DNA of 64,000 nucleotides, from the NCBI GenBank assembly GCA_965262725.1, contig OZ253555.1, forward strand, positions 3,296,001-3,360,000. Reading direction: 5' to 3'. The DNA comes from Dehalococcoidia bacterium. Lineage in GTDB: Bacteria; Chloroflexota; Dehalococcoidia; UBA2979. How positions within the stretch are numbered: position 1 is the stretch's first letter; each line of letters begins with the position of its first letter. This document shows, in pieces, positions 1 through 10,178 of this stretch. Made by a program: the position numbers and the translations under genes. Under the pieces are notes generated by a model, which was given only the letters and a program-made list of their open reading frames with translations, was not told where the DNA came from and did not search any database.

Positions 1-251
1 AGCCGCGCTCGCGCGACTACGGGCGATACCGCTCCCGACCTGACGCCCGCTCACAGCGCCGAACCGGAGCCGAAGCTCGCGCCAGCATGCCCGCGCACGC
101 CTCGCGCACCCTCAGCGCCCCCGAGCGGCGCTGAGCGACGACTCCTGGCTCCGGCCCGCCCCCGGCGCCGCCCGGCGAACGCCGACACACCCGTCGAACT
201 CTCCGGCAGCCCGGCACCCCGCCTCGTCAAGCTTCGTTCGGTGGATTCGAG
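1..251 (+). mobile_element. Right end of an IS1380-family element (copy 1, truncated by window edge; intact, intron-free right terminal repeat)
   Basis: Nearly identical to ~8079-8332 plus 11804-11813. Encodes the transposase C-terminus AALARLRAIPLPT* (stop 41-43) and ends ...CTTCGTTCGGTGGATTCGAG. Confidence 0.9.
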
Positions 252-415
252 TGTATTCAGGTCCCGCGGCGCGTACGAGTCAGGACGGGGCAAGCCGGCG
301 GGCGCGCTCTCCCTTCGGTCCCGTCGCGGGGACGGTCCCCTGGCGCCGAGCGGGCGCCCGCGCAGACCGTTGCGGGCGCGGCGCTATGATGGCCGCGCAG
401 CCGCGGGGGTCCCCG

Positions 416-1987
416 ATGCCGAGCAGCCCGTCTCCGAAGAACCTCGTCTGGCCGGTGGACCGCGGGGGCGGCATCCAGGCCAGCTGGGATCCCGACCAGC
501 CGCACATGGAGGGCTCCGCGCAGCCCGCGCCCTACCACACGATCCATCTCCCGTACGAGCCCCTGACCACCCCGCGCATCGCCACCGACGACGAAGGCGT
601 CCTCTACCCGGTCGCCGGCGATCTCCAGAAACGGCTCGCCGAGAGCTGGGAGTCGGCGGACGGCGATCGGACGTGGACCTTCCGGCTGCGCGCCGGACTG
701 CTGAGCCATGCCGGCAACGAGCTGACCGCCGACGACGTGGCGTGGATGGTGGAGCGCGTCTTCGCGCTGCGCGGCGTCGGGCTCTGGCGATTGCGGCGCC
801 TCGCCGGGATCAACGCCCCGTCGGACGTGGAGGCCCTCGACCGGCACACGGTGCGCTTCCGCCTCCGCGGCGCCAACTCGCAGTTCGCGGCGTACTTCGT
901 CTTCGCGACGGGCAACGTCGTCGACTCGACGGAGGCCCGCCGCCACGCCACCGACGAGGATCCGTGGGCGACTGAGTGGCTCTCGAAGAACGCCTGCGGC
1001 TTCGGCCAGTTCTCCGTCGTGCGGCACGACGATCACGAGATCGAATACGCGGCCCGCGACGAACACTGGATGGGGCGCCCGGGGATCGACTCGATCGTGC
1101 AGGTCGGCGTCGACTCCCGCTCCGAGGCCCTGCGCATGCTCACCTCGGGGCACGCCAACATGGCGCTCGGCCTCTACCCGGAGGAGCTCGCGCGCTTCGA
1201 GGGTCGGCCGGAGTTCACGACGCGCCGCATGCGGGCCAACCACTCGACGCTCGAGTTCAACTGGGCCGAGCCGCCGTTCGACGATCAGAAGGTGCGCCAG
1301 GCCGTCTGCTACGCCCTTCCGTACGACCTCATTCTCGACTCCGTCTACGCCGGCCGCGCGCGGCGCAGCCACAGCCCGATCTGCTCCACCTCGGAGTTCC
1401 ACACCGCCGAGTTCGATCCCTACGTGTACGACCTCGAGCGCGCCCGGGGCCTGATGAGGGAGAGCGGCCAGCCCGACGGCTTCGACACGGAGCTGTGGGT
1501 GAAGGGCTCGTACGAGTGTCTGCGGCTCGCGCACATCGTCCGCAACTCCCTGGCGGCGATCGGGATCGGGGTCGAGGTGCGCCTGGACACGCGCGTCCCC
1601 TTCGGGACAAAGGTTCCGATGTGGATCAAGGAAGAATGCAGTCACGCCCTCTACGAGCCGATGTACGACGTCGCCCACGACTACGATCCGCCGCTCGGAA
1701 TGTGGGGCGGGAAGATTAACGTCGACCGGGAGTGGAGCACTCGGATCCGCGCCATCCACTCCGCGGACTCGGCGGAGCAGCCCCGGATCTACCGGGAGAT
1801 CCAGCGCGACCTGATGGAATTCGCGGCCTGCGCCCACATCGCCGAGATCGAGACCGGCTGGGTGTTCCGCGCCGATGTCGACCCGTGGGCGCTCGACCCG
1901 TCCTTCCTGGGCGCCGCCACGACCGTCTGGTCGGCGCACCGCCCGATACTCGGTCTGCGCGAGCTCGACGACGAGTACGAGTGGTAG
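416..1987 (+). CDS. ABC transporter substrate-binding protein, family 5 (OppA/DppA-like), no evident signal peptide
   Basis: Motifs LAESWESADGDRTWTFRLR, ELTADDVAW and PPFDDQKVRQAV. Start chosen at ATG 416 after a TATGAT -10-like box; start uncertain. Confidence 0.8.
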   Translation: MPSSPSPKNLVWPVDRGGGIQASWDPDQPHMEGSAQPAPYHTIHLPYEPLTTPRIATDDEGVLYPVAGDLQKRLAESWESADGDRTWTFRLRAGLLSHAGNELTADDVAWMVERVFALRGVGLWRLRRLAGINAPSDVEALDRHTVRFRLRGANSQFAAYFVFATGNVVDSTEARRHATDEDPWATEWLSKNACGFGQFSVVRHDDHEIEYAARDEHWMGRPGIDSIVQVGVDSRSEALRMLTSGHANMALGLYPEELARFEGRPEFTTRRMRANHSTLEFNWAEPPFDDQKVRQAVCYALPYDLILDSVYAGRARRSHSPICSTSEFHTAEFDPYVYDLERARGLMRESGQPDGFDTELWVKGSYECLRLAHIVRNSLAAIGIGVEVRLDTRVPFGTKVPMWIKEECSHALYEPMYDVAHDYDPPLGMWGGKINVDREWSTRIRAIHSADSAEQPRIYREIQRDLMEFAACAHIAEIETGWVFRADVDPWALDPSFLGAATTVWSAHRPILGLRELDDEYEW

Positions 1988-2024
1988 CGCGCCCTCGCGA
2001 GGCGCGCCGGCCGCGCGGCGGCCG

Positions 2025-3110
2025 TCACTCGCGGATCGGCCGATAGAGGCGGAAGCCGCGCTTCGCGATCCCCGCAGCGATCGGACCGTACGCGGGGCCC
2101 ATCGGATCCATGCTCCTCATCCGCATCGTCCCGCGCTGGATCATGATGTCGGCCGGAGCCAGCTCCGTCGCGCTCTCGAAGTGCCGCGCCGCCGCCTCGC
2201 TGCGCCCGCGCTCCCACAGCCACTGCCCGAGCGCGAACTCCGCGCGCGCCTGCTGCTCCCCGGCCGTCGGCAGCCGCTCCCGCATGAGCTCGCGCGCCCG
2301 CTCCTCGGAGGAGAGCGCCGGCGCCTCACCGCGGGCCCACGCGCGCACGCGCTCGAGATAGGCATCGGGATCGACCCGGACCAGCTTCGCGCCGCCGGGG
2401 TTCATGACCGCGACGTCGTTGGGGCGCGCGATCCGTCCCTCCTCGTCGATCCAGACGATCGTGGGGACGTTGAACATATTGTAGAGCTCGGGCACGCGGT
2501 GGTGCGTATCGATGACGATGGGGTAGCTCGCCCCGGCCGCCTCGATCCAGGGCAGCGCATCGCCGCGGTCGCGGTCGGCCATCACGCCGAAGACCGTGAA
2601 CGGCAGCGCCTCCGCCTCGGCCAGCTCGTGGTGGAGCGCCTGCCACACGGGCAGGTCCTCGCGGCAGCCTCACCAGGAGGCGTGAACGGCGAGGAGCACC
2701 TTCTTCCCGCGGTGATCGGAGATCCTGTGCAGCCGCCCGGCCGCATCGGGGAGTTCGACGTCGGGCGCCTCGAGGCGCGCCAGGGGCGCGGAGCGCTCGG
2801 CGACGGAGGCTCCGAGGGCCGCCGCCCCCTCGGCGAGGTCGACGACCAGCGGGCGGTCGAGCGCCTCGGCGAGCGCGACGAGGTCGAAGCCGTCATCGGT
2901 GGCGAGCGAGGCGGCATCTCGAACCGGGACGCAGAGGGGGCCGCGGCAGAGCCCCTCGGGCTGAAGCGTCCAGCCGAGCTCGCGGGCGACGGCCTCGGCC
3001 GGGAGGTACACCGATTCGCCGCCGACGGTCGCAGCGATCCGGACCTCGCGCGGGGCGGGACCGGCGCTCTCGCCGTCGAGCAGCGTGAGGAGCCCGGCAC
3101 CTGGCACCAT
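2025..3110 (-). CDS. Thioredoxin-fold redoxin (AhpC/TSA/TlpA-like) with C-terminal TPR-like helices; predicted selenoprotein (in-frame UGA)
   Basis: ORFs 2670-3257 and 2025-2648 are in the same frame, joined by TGA at 2672-2670: APDVELPD...RGKKVLLAVHASW-U-GCREDLPVWQ. GGGAGGAG RBS precedes ATG 3110. Confidence 0.8.
2632..2662 (-). promoter_or_regulatory. Candidate bacterial SECIS hairpin
   Basis: Minus strand: CCTGCC-CGTGT-GGCAGG perfect 6-bp stem with a GU-containing loop, starting 15 nt after the UGA. Confidence 0.65.
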
Positions 3111-3259
3111 GTCGTCGCTCCTCCCGGCGGACCGCGCTCCGGCCCGCGCCGATGGTAGCGGCTCGGCGCCGATCGCGGGGGTGGCGCTGGCCATTTCGGA
3201 TGTTGTAGGGTCCACCCGAGCACCACCTCCGTGGTGCCTCGGAGAGGGGGGTTTCACCG

Positions 3260-4921
3260 ATGACAGAATGGCTTGTGCGCGGAGCGATCTCGAGGCGGAG
3301 CCTCCTGCGAGGCGGGGCGCTGGGGGGGCTCGGCCTCGCCACGGCCGCCGTGATCGGCTGCGGCGACGACGACGAGGAGGCGGCGGCGCCGGCGGCGACC
3401 CCGGTGGCCACCGTTGCGGCGGCCGCGACTCCGGAGCCGGCGAAGACGGCGACGCTGCGATTTGCAGCCACCAACCCGATTCCCACGCTGAGCCCGAACT
3501 CGACGGCAGCGAGCGAGTCCGATCTCCACGCCATCTACGACGCTCTCACGCGCCAGCACGCGAACGACACCGGCGGTGCCATCGAGCCGGGGCTCGCCAC
3601 CAGCTGGGAGACGCCGTCGGGCGACGGCCGGACGTGGGTCTTCAACCTGCGCGAGGCCGAGTGGTCGGACGGGACCAAGTTCACGGCCGAGGACGTGGCC
3701 TGGGTCCACGACTTCTACAAGAACCCGGACAGCCAGTCGCGACTGTTCTCGCGCGTCGGCACATATGAGTCCTCGAAGGTGATCGACGACCGGACGATCG
3801 AGATCACGACAGACTACGACCCCATCTTCCCGAAGCGCGAGGGGATCGTCTTCATCCTGCCGAAGCACATCTTCGAGGATGGCTCGATCGACGCCGAGGC
3901 ATTCATGGGGGAGACACCGGTCAGCACCGGCGCCTACATCGGCACGAACTTCCTGCAGGGGCAGCGTGTCGACCTCGTCCAGTCGCCGGCCACCTGGCAC
4001 ACCAACGGCGGCTTCACCAAGGTCGAGTACAACTGGCTCACGGAGACCACGACGCGCGTCGCGGCCTTCGAGACCAACGAGATCGACTTCATTCTCGGCG
4101 TTCCGGACATCGACACCGAGCGGGTCCGGGGCTTCAACAACGTGACCACCGGCGGATCGCCGGGCAACACCAACCGGGCGTGGGACTTCGCCAACATGCC
4201 CGACAAGGATCCGTCGCCGACCAACGACCCCCGCGTGCGTGCGGCGCTCAACCACGCACTCGACCGCGACGGGATCATCCGGACGGCGTACGGCGGCAAC
4301 GGGGTCCCTGCGAAGGACCAGCTGCTCGCGCAGGCGGTCTTCGGCCACCAGCCCGACTGGGCCGTGCCGGCCTACGACTCGGATCTCGCGCGTCAGTACC
4401 TCAGGGACGCCGGCTTCCCCAACGGCACCAACATTTCGATCGACGCGCAGATCCTGACCGCCGCGTCGGGGAAGCCGATTCTCGAGGCGACCATCGGACT
4501 CTGGGACGATGTCGGCGTCACGTCGGACGTCCGCACCATCGAGGTGAACGTCTGGCGCGACCGGCTCTACGGCCGGGCCACGGAGGGACGCCCCGGCGCC
4601 TTCCTGATGGGCTGGTCCTCGTTCCTCTACGAGGGGGCGCTCGCCCTCCAGTGGCACGAGAGCTCGAACCCGTACGGCCTCTGGGACAACCCGGAGTTCG
4701 ACCGGCTCTTCGAGGCCGTCAACAAGGAGGTCGACGGCGAGGAGCGCTTCAACCTCTACCGCCAGCTGATGGAGACGGAGCGGGTGGAGAACGGCGGGCC
4801 GTCGGCGTTCATGAACGGGTCGGACGGCACCATCGCCTGGTACCACACCGTGCTCGACAGCTCGAGCTACACCCCGTGGACGACGCCGACGATCTTCTTT
4901 TCGGAGGTGTCGCCGGCGTAG
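3260..4921 (+). CDS. ABC transporter substrate-binding lipoprotein, family 5, Tat-exported
   Basis: SRRSLLRG twin-arginine motif, lipobox VIGC, Ala/Pro linker, PGLATSWE, WSDGTKFTAEDV, DPRVRAALNHALDR. Confidence 0.88.
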   Translation: MTEWLVRGAISRRSLLRGGALGGLGLATAAVIGCGDDDEEAAAPAATPVATVAAAATPEPAKTATLRFAATNPIPTLSPNSTAASESDLHAIYDALTRQHANDTGGAIEPGLATSWETPSGDGRTWVFNLREAEWSDGTKFTAEDVAWVHDFYKNPDSQSRLFSRVGTYESSKVIDDRTIEITTDYDPIFPKREGIVFILPKHIFEDGSIDAEAFMGETPVSTGAYIGTNFLQGQRVDLVQSPATWHTNGGFTKVEYNWLTETTTRVAAFETNEIDFILGVPDIDTERVRGFNNVTTGGSPGNTNRAWDFANMPDKDPSPTNDPRVRAALNHALDRDGIIRTAYGGNGVPAKDQLLAQAVFGHQPDWAVPAYDSDLARQYLRDAGFPNGTNISIDAQILTAASGKPILEATIGLWDDVGVTSDVRTIEVNVWRDRLYGRATEGRPGAFLMGWSSFLYEGALALQWHESSNPYGLWDNPEFDRLFEAVNKEVDGEERFNLYRQLMETERVENGGPSAFMNGSDGTIAWYHTVLDSSSYTPWTTPTIFFSEVSPA

Positions 4922-4944
4922 GAGCGTCACAGACGACCACGCAC

Positions 4945-4975
4945 GGAAGGCCCGGGCCGGTAGCCCGGGCCTTCC
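4945..4975 (+). terminator. GC-rich hairpin, probable terminator or mRNA stabiliser
   Basis: GGAAGGCCCGGGC-CGGTA-GCCCGGGCCTTCC 13-bp perfect stem just after the stop; no U-tract. Confidence 0.55.
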
Positions 4976-5054
4976 TGCATCTGCGCACCGCGCCCGAACG
5001 GCCCATGTCCGCTCACGGCGGCGCCGCGCCGCCTCGCGCCGAGAGGAGAGAGCG

Positions 5055-6683
5055 ATGATCCGCCCAGAGGCCGCCGACTACCAGGGCCACCGCGTGGTGG
5101 GGGCGCGGCTGGCGGAGCCGGTGCTCGACGATGAGATCGGCTTCCACTCCTCCGAGCGCGAGCGCCTGCTGCTTCCCCACTATCACGCGCTCGACCGCGC
5201 GCAGCTCGTCATGCTGGTCGAGCGCGGGCTCGTCACGCGTACTGACGGAGTGAGCATGGCGGCGGGGCTCCGCCGCTTCGTCGAGCCCGGGATCGAGGCG
5301 GGCTACATCTCAGTAGGCGCGGGAATGCACTCTGGCGAGGTCGCCCTCATCGCAGAGCTCGGCGAGGAGGTGGGCGGGCGCCTCGAGATCGGCCGCGCCT
5401 CCGGCGAAGTCGTGCAGGTGGCGTGGCGCCGGATGGAGGCCGCGGCGCTGCGCTCGCTGCTCCATACGCTCGCGGAGGCGCGCGCAGCAATCCTCGAGGT
5501 GGCGGCGGCGCACACCTCGAGCGTGATGCCTGGCTACACGCACAGCCAGCACGCACAGGTCGTGACGCTCGCGCACGTGCTGCTGGCGTGGGAGGCGGGG
5601 CTCGCCCGCTGCTTCGCACGGGGCGCGGAGACGCACGCCCGCGTCAACTGGAGCGCGGCCGGGAGCGGGAACATGAGCGGCAGCGACGCCCCGCTCGATC
5701 GGGCGCGCACGGCCGAGCTGCTCGGATTCGACGGACCGCTCGACAGTACGTACGACGCGATCCAGCACAACGATCACGCGATCGAGTGCCTCGGCCTGCT
5801 CGCCACGCTCGGATCTCTCGTCACGCGCTGGGCGCAGGACCTCTATCTCTACGGCTCGCAGGAGGTCGGTGTCCTTGAGCTACCCGACCGCTTCTGCGGG
5901 ACGAGCGCCCTCATGCCGCAGAAGAAGAACCCCCGCCTGCTGGAGTACCTGCAGGGCGCGTCGGCCTCGGCGCTCGGCGGCCTGGCCACGGCGCTGATGG
6001 TGGAGAAGACACCCTCGGGCGGCGCGATCGTCGAGCGCACCCTCTTCGTCGAGGCGCTCGCTCGGGGCTTTCGCGAGGCGGAACGCAATCTCGGATGGCT
6101 CGCCCTGGCCGTCTCGGAGTCGCAGTGGGACCTGGAGCGGATGCGCTCGCTCGCGCGCACGCACGGGGCGACGTCGAGCACGCTCGCCGCCGCGCTCGCC
6201 CGCGAACGCGGGTGGGCGTGGCGGACCGCGCACGAGGTCGTCGGCACCGCCGTGCGCATCGCGAGCGAGCGCGGCGTCGCGGCCGGCGACCTCACCCCCG
6301 CCCTCCTCGACGAGGCGTCGGAGCTCTACTGCGGGCAGCCGGCGGGGCTGAGCGCCGAGAGCGTCGCGAGCGCCCTCGATCCGCTGGAGGCGGTGAGGCG
6401 CCACGCCCTGCTCGGAGGACCGGCGCCGGAGGAGAGCATCCGGCTGCTCCCGGAGCGCCGCGCCGCGCTGGCCCGCGACCGGGAACGCCTCTCTCAGCTC
6501 ACCGCTCACGCGGAGTCGGCCGCACGGACGCTCGAGGCCACCTTCGATCGGGTCGCGCGGGGGGAGCCGTCCGGCCGCGCGAAGGGGCGCGCGCGCGCCA
6601 CGGGAGTCGCACACCCGGTACCCGCCGGGGCGTCGGACAAGAGCGCCGACGGCCGGCCAACGCCGCGCCCCGACCCCCCTTAA
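5055..6683 (+). CDS. Argininosuccinate lyase-like C-N lyase (fumarase/aspartase superfamily)
   Basis: MPGYTHSQHAQ, GTSALMPQKKNP signature and WRTAHEVVG. The stop TAA lies in the IS1380 target duplication. Confidence 0.8.
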   Translation: MIRPEAADYQGHRVVGARLAEPVLDDEIGFHSSERERLLLPHYHALDRAQLVMLVERGLVTRTDGVSMAAGLRRFVEPGIEAGYISVGAGMHSGEVALIAELGEEVGGRLEIGRASGEVVQVAWRRMEAAALRSLLHTLAEARAAILEVAAAHTSSVMPGYTHSQHAQVVTLAHVLLAWEAGLARCFARGAETHARVNWSAAGSGNMSGSDAPLDRARTAELLGFDGPLDSTYDAIQHNDHAIECLGLLATLGSLVTRWAQDLYLYGSQEVGVLELPDRFCGTSALMPQKKNPRLLEYLQGASASALGGLATALMVEKTPSGGAIVERTLFVEALARGFREAERNLGWLALAVSESQWDLERMRSLARTHGATSSTLAAALARERGWAWRTAHEVVGTAVRIASERGVAAGDLTPALLDEASELYCGQPAGLSAESVASALDPLEAVRRHALLGGPAPEESIRLLPERRAALARDRERLSQLTAHAESAARTLEATFDRVARGEPSGRAKGRARATGVAHPVPAGASDKSADGRPTPRPDPP

Positions 6684-6794
6684 CCCTGATCCACCGAAGA
6701 AGAGTGCGCGAGCGGCTGGGGTTGGGTGCTCCGCTGTAGCTGGGACAATGGTTTTTGACCGAATCACGTCACAGCCACAGGGAGCACCCATTCG

Positions 6795-8120
6795 ATGTTA
6801 GCAACGAGCAGCCCCGACCGGATACACATCGCCTTCGACGACGACCGCCTCGTGGACCACGCGGGCCTGCTGCTCCCGGCCACGCTCGCTGGCCGGCTCG
6901 GCCTCCGTGAACTGGCAGACGCCCACCTCGACCTCGGTGACGCAGCGGGGCGGGCGAACGTCGGCGACAAGCTGATGACTCTCATCGCCTCGGCGCTCGC
7001 GGGCGGCGACTGCATCGATGACGCCGATGCCATGCGCTCAGGCGGCGCCGGGCGCGTGCTCGGCTGCACGGTGAAGGCGCCGTCCACCCTCGGGACGTTC
7101 CTGCGCAGCTTCCGCTGGGGCCACGTCCGCCAGCTCGACCGCGTCAGCCGCGAGTTGCTGGCCCGCAGTTGGGCGGCCGGGGCGGGACCCGGCGCGGCAC
7201 CGTTCACGATCGACCTCGACTCGACGCTCTGCGAGACCTACGGACTGGCGAAAGAGGGCGCCCGGCACCACGGCTACACGGGCGTGCGCGGCTATCACCC
7301 GCTGCTCGCGGTGGCGGCCGGGACGGGTGAGGTGCTGATGGCCCGGCTGCGCGGGGGCCGTGCCAACACCGCTCGGGGGGCCGCCCACTTCCTGCGTGAG
7401 ACGGTGGGCCGGGTGCGCGACGCCGGGGCGAGCGGGCAGCTCACGGTGCGCGCCGACAGCGGCTTCTACAACCACGCTGTCGTCGCCGTCTGTCGCAAGC
7501 AGGATGTCCGCTTCTCCATCACCATTCGGCAGCAGCCGAACGTACGCCGGCTGATCGAGGCGATACCGGAAGAGGACTGGACGCCGATCCCGTACTGGCA
7601 GGACGACGGCGCCGCTGTCGCCGAGACGACCTACACGCCGTTCCAGCACACGAGGGACGCCACCGCGGTGCGGCTCATCGTGCGGCGCGTCAAGCCGACG
7701 CCCGGCTCACAGCTCGCGCTCTTCGTGAACTACAGTTACCACGCCTTCATCACCGATCGCGCGGGGGAGATGATGGAGCTGGAGGCCGACCATCGCCGTC
7801 ACGCCGAGATCGAGAACGCGATCCGCGACCTCAAGTACGGCGTCGGGTTGAACCATCTCCCCTCGGGCCGCTTCGCCGCGAACGCGGCGTGGCTCGCGGT
7901 GCAGGTGATCGCGCACAACCTCGCCCGCTGGACGGCACGCCTCGGGCTCGGCGAGGGGATCGTGACGACCAGGACGCTCAGGCGGCGCTACTTCTCTCTC
8001 GCCGGACGGCTCACCCACTCTGCCCGGCGGTGGACCCTGCACCTCCCGAAGCGCTGGCCCTGGGCCGGGCAGCTGGCAGCCGCGCTCGCGCGACTACGGG
8101 CGATACCGCTCCCGACCTGA
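6795..8120 (+). CDS. IS1380-family DDE transposase
   Basis: 441 aa; TIDLDST, GYHPLLA, VRADSGFY, HRRHAEIENAIRDLKYG, LPSGRFAANAAW. Confidence 0.93.
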   Translation: MLATSSPDRIHIAFDDDRLVDHAGLLLPATLAGRLGLRELADAHLDLGDAAGRANVGDKLMTLIASALAGGDCIDDADAMRSGGAGRVLGCTVKAPSTLGTFLRSFRWGHVRQLDRVSRELLARSWAAGAGPGAAPFTIDLDSTLCETYGLAKEGARHHGYTGVRGYHPLLAVAAGTGEVLMARLRGGRANTARGAAHFLRETVGRVRDAGASGQLTVRADSGFYNHAVVAVCRKQDVRFSITIRQQPNVRRLIEAIPEEDWTPIPYWQDDGAAVAETTYTPFQHTRDATAVRLIVRRVKPTPGSQLALFVNYSYHAFITDRAGEMMELEADHRRHAEIENAIRDLKYGVGLNHLPSGRFAANAAWLAVQVIAHNLARWTARLGLGEGIVTTRTLRRRYFSLAGRLTHSARRWTLHLPKRWPWAGQLAAALARLRAIPLPT

Positions 8121-8404
8121 CGCCCGCTCACAGCGCCGAACCGGAGCCGAAGCTCGCGCCAGCATGCCCGCCCACGCCTCGCGCACCCTCGCGCCCGCAC
8201 CCTCAGCGCCCCCGAGCGGTGCTGAGCGACGGCTCCTGGCTCCGGCCCGCCCCCGGCGCCGCCCGGCGAACGCCGACACACCCGTCGAACTCTCCGGCAG
8301 CCCGGCACCCCGCCTCGTCAAGCTTCGTTCGGTTCGCGGTAGGGATGCCGGTTGCCCGGCACCCCCCGCACAGATCCGGACGTGCCCTCTCGGGCATCCG
8401 GCTC

Positions 8405-9733
8405 CTACCTCAAGTGCGTGACGGCAAATCGCTCCGCAGGCCACGGGTGAAGGATGGAGATTCGGGGCCAGTGTCCCTGGCACAGGGCAAGGATGCGCTC
8501 CCACGTGAAACGGTCGCGCTGCGACCGCCGTCGGAGAACGCGCAGCCAGAGCCGCTTCACGAAACGGACAAACCGCGTGAGCGCCGGCGAGCTGGTCGGC
8601 ACCGCGTAGTAGCCAAGCCACCCACGCAGTACCCGCCCCAGCCACTGCCCCGTCGTCACGGGGTTGTCGTGCATGCGCCGCCACAACTCGGCCTTGATGA
8701 CCTTCAGCGTCCGGCGCATCCGCTTCGCAACGGGCTTGCGCCCCAGCCCGAATCTCCCGTCGCGTCGGGTCCGGCAGTAGTGCGTCATGCCGAGAAAGTC
8801 GAACGTTTCCGGTCGGCCCTCCCCGCGCTTCCGCCTGTTCGCCAGCGCGAACCTGCCGAACTCAAGTAGACGGGTCTTCTCCGGGTGCAGCTCCAGCCCG
8901 TAGGCCGCGAACCGCTCCCGGAGTGCCTCCATGAACCGCACCGCATCGCTGCGGTGCTGGAACCCCAGGACGAAGTCATCGGCATACCGCACGATGTACG
9001 CCTCGCCCCGGACCTCCCGCGGTCGCCACTCGCGCGCAAACCAGTCGTCGAGCACGTTGTGCAGGTACACGTTCGCAAGCAGCGGCGATATCGGCGCCCC
9101 CTGCGGCATCCCCCGCACGAAATCGACTTCCGGCTCCGCGTCCATGACGCCGACGCTCAGCCACTTTCGTATCAGGCGCAACACCCGCTGGTCCCCGATG
9201 CGCATCTCCAGAAACGACATCAGCCGCCCCCGGTCGATGCTGCCGAAGAACTCCCGGATGTCCACCTCGACAATCCAGCTGACCTTGCGCCGTTCGACCG
9301 CGTAGGCCAGTGCGTCCAGCGCGTCATGCGCCGAACGCCCCGGCCTGAAGCCATGCGAGAAGCCGTAGTAGCCCGACTCGTAAATCGGGTTCAAAAGATT
9401 GTCCACCACCGCCCGCTGAACGATCTTGTCCTCCAGCGAGACGATACCGAGCGGCCGTATTCCCCCGTCCGGCTTGGGTATCTCTACCCGCCTGACGGGC
9501 TTCGCCCGGTACGCTCCACGGTGTACGCGGCCATGCAGGTCGAGCAATCGCTCGTCCAGCCCGTCCCCGTATTCTCGCCACCTCACCCCGTCCACGCCCG
9601 GAGCCGCATCCCGCTTCAACGCGAGATACGCCTCCCGCAGCGCCTCCGGCGTGATGTGGTGCAAGAGCGCGGTGAGTTTCTCTCCCGGCTTCCGTTCCAC
9701 GAACTGCCGTATCCTCTCCGCTCCGGGTGACAC
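8405..9733 (-). CDS. ltrA: Group II intron reverse transcriptase/maturase
   Basis: AAPGVDG, IPKPDGGIRPLGI, GFRPGRSAHDAL, GMPQGAPISPLLANVYLH, RYADD, FDFLG. Ends ILHPWP with no HNH domain. Confidence 0.95.
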   Translation of the reverse strand: MSPGAERIRQFVERKPGEKLTALLHHITPEALREAYLALKRDAAPGVDGVRWREYGDGLDERLLDLHGRVHRGAYRAKPVRRVEIPKPDGGIRPLGIVSLEDKIVQRAVVDNLLNPIYESGYYGFSHGFRPGRSAHDALDALAYAVERRKVSWIVEVDIREFFGSIDRGRLMSFLEMRIGDQRVLRLIRKWLSVGVMDAEPEVDFVRGMPQGAPISPLLANVYLHNVLDDWFAREWRPREVRGEAYIVRYADDFVLGFQHRSDAVRFMEALRERFAAYGLELHPEKTRLLEFGRFALANRRKRGEGRPETFDFLGMTHYCRTRRDGRFGLGRKPVAKRMRRTLKVIKAELWRRMHDNPVTTGQWLGRVLRGWLGYYAVPTSSPALTRFVRFVKRLWLRVLRRRSQRDRFTWERILALCQGHWPRISILHPWPAERFAVTHLR

Positions 9734-9849
9734 CGCACCCCGACTCTGCGTCCGGACCGTGCCGGTGCTTTGAGGATTCCTCTCGGTTGGGGCCCTTTGC
9801 TCCAGCGACTCCGCCGGGGCTCGCGCCCCCTTCTATGAGGGTCGTCTGA

Positions 9850-10170
9850 TCCGCAAGGCCGACGTGGCGGCCTTCTGCACCGTTCTACCGATCGCGCCTC
9901 CCGTCCGCAGCCCTGTGGTGGTTGTCGGTGCCGATGCGAGTGGTGCCGCCGTCTTGTCCCCGGGACGTTGTGGTGACCGTGCTTCTATTCGCACTCGTCG
10001 AGGGGCCGCTCCGGGCCCGGTGCATGATGATCAGCCTGTCTCCAGGGTGTGGGCGCTGCCATCTTGTTCCCGTCCTCGTTGGGACCAGGGGGTTCCGCAG
10101 TCGCCCGCGTGTCGGCATCTCTCGTATCCTCCGAAGCCCACCGGCCGCCCGGTCGCCTCGCTCCTCGCGT
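9850..10170 (-). ncRNA. Candidate bridge/seek RNA in the IS1111 3' non-coding end
   Basis: ~345-bp non-coding end downstream of the recombinase. It contains CTTGTTC (10063-10069; core plus target flank) and CTTCTAT (9982-9988; core plus element end). RNA limits are approximate. Confidence 0.6.
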
Positions 10171-10178
10171 GCTGTCTG

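Noticed and set aside
8175-8205. 14-bp insertion in the IS1380 copy-2 right end relative to copy 1
   Set aside because: A simple local duplication around CGCACCCTC, with no evidence of function.
8405-9733. Reverse transcriptase as DGR, retron or CRISPR-associated RT
   Set aside because: It has YADD, a maturase region and adjacent domain V/VI RNA; no template/variable repeat pair, msr-msd or cas genes were seen.
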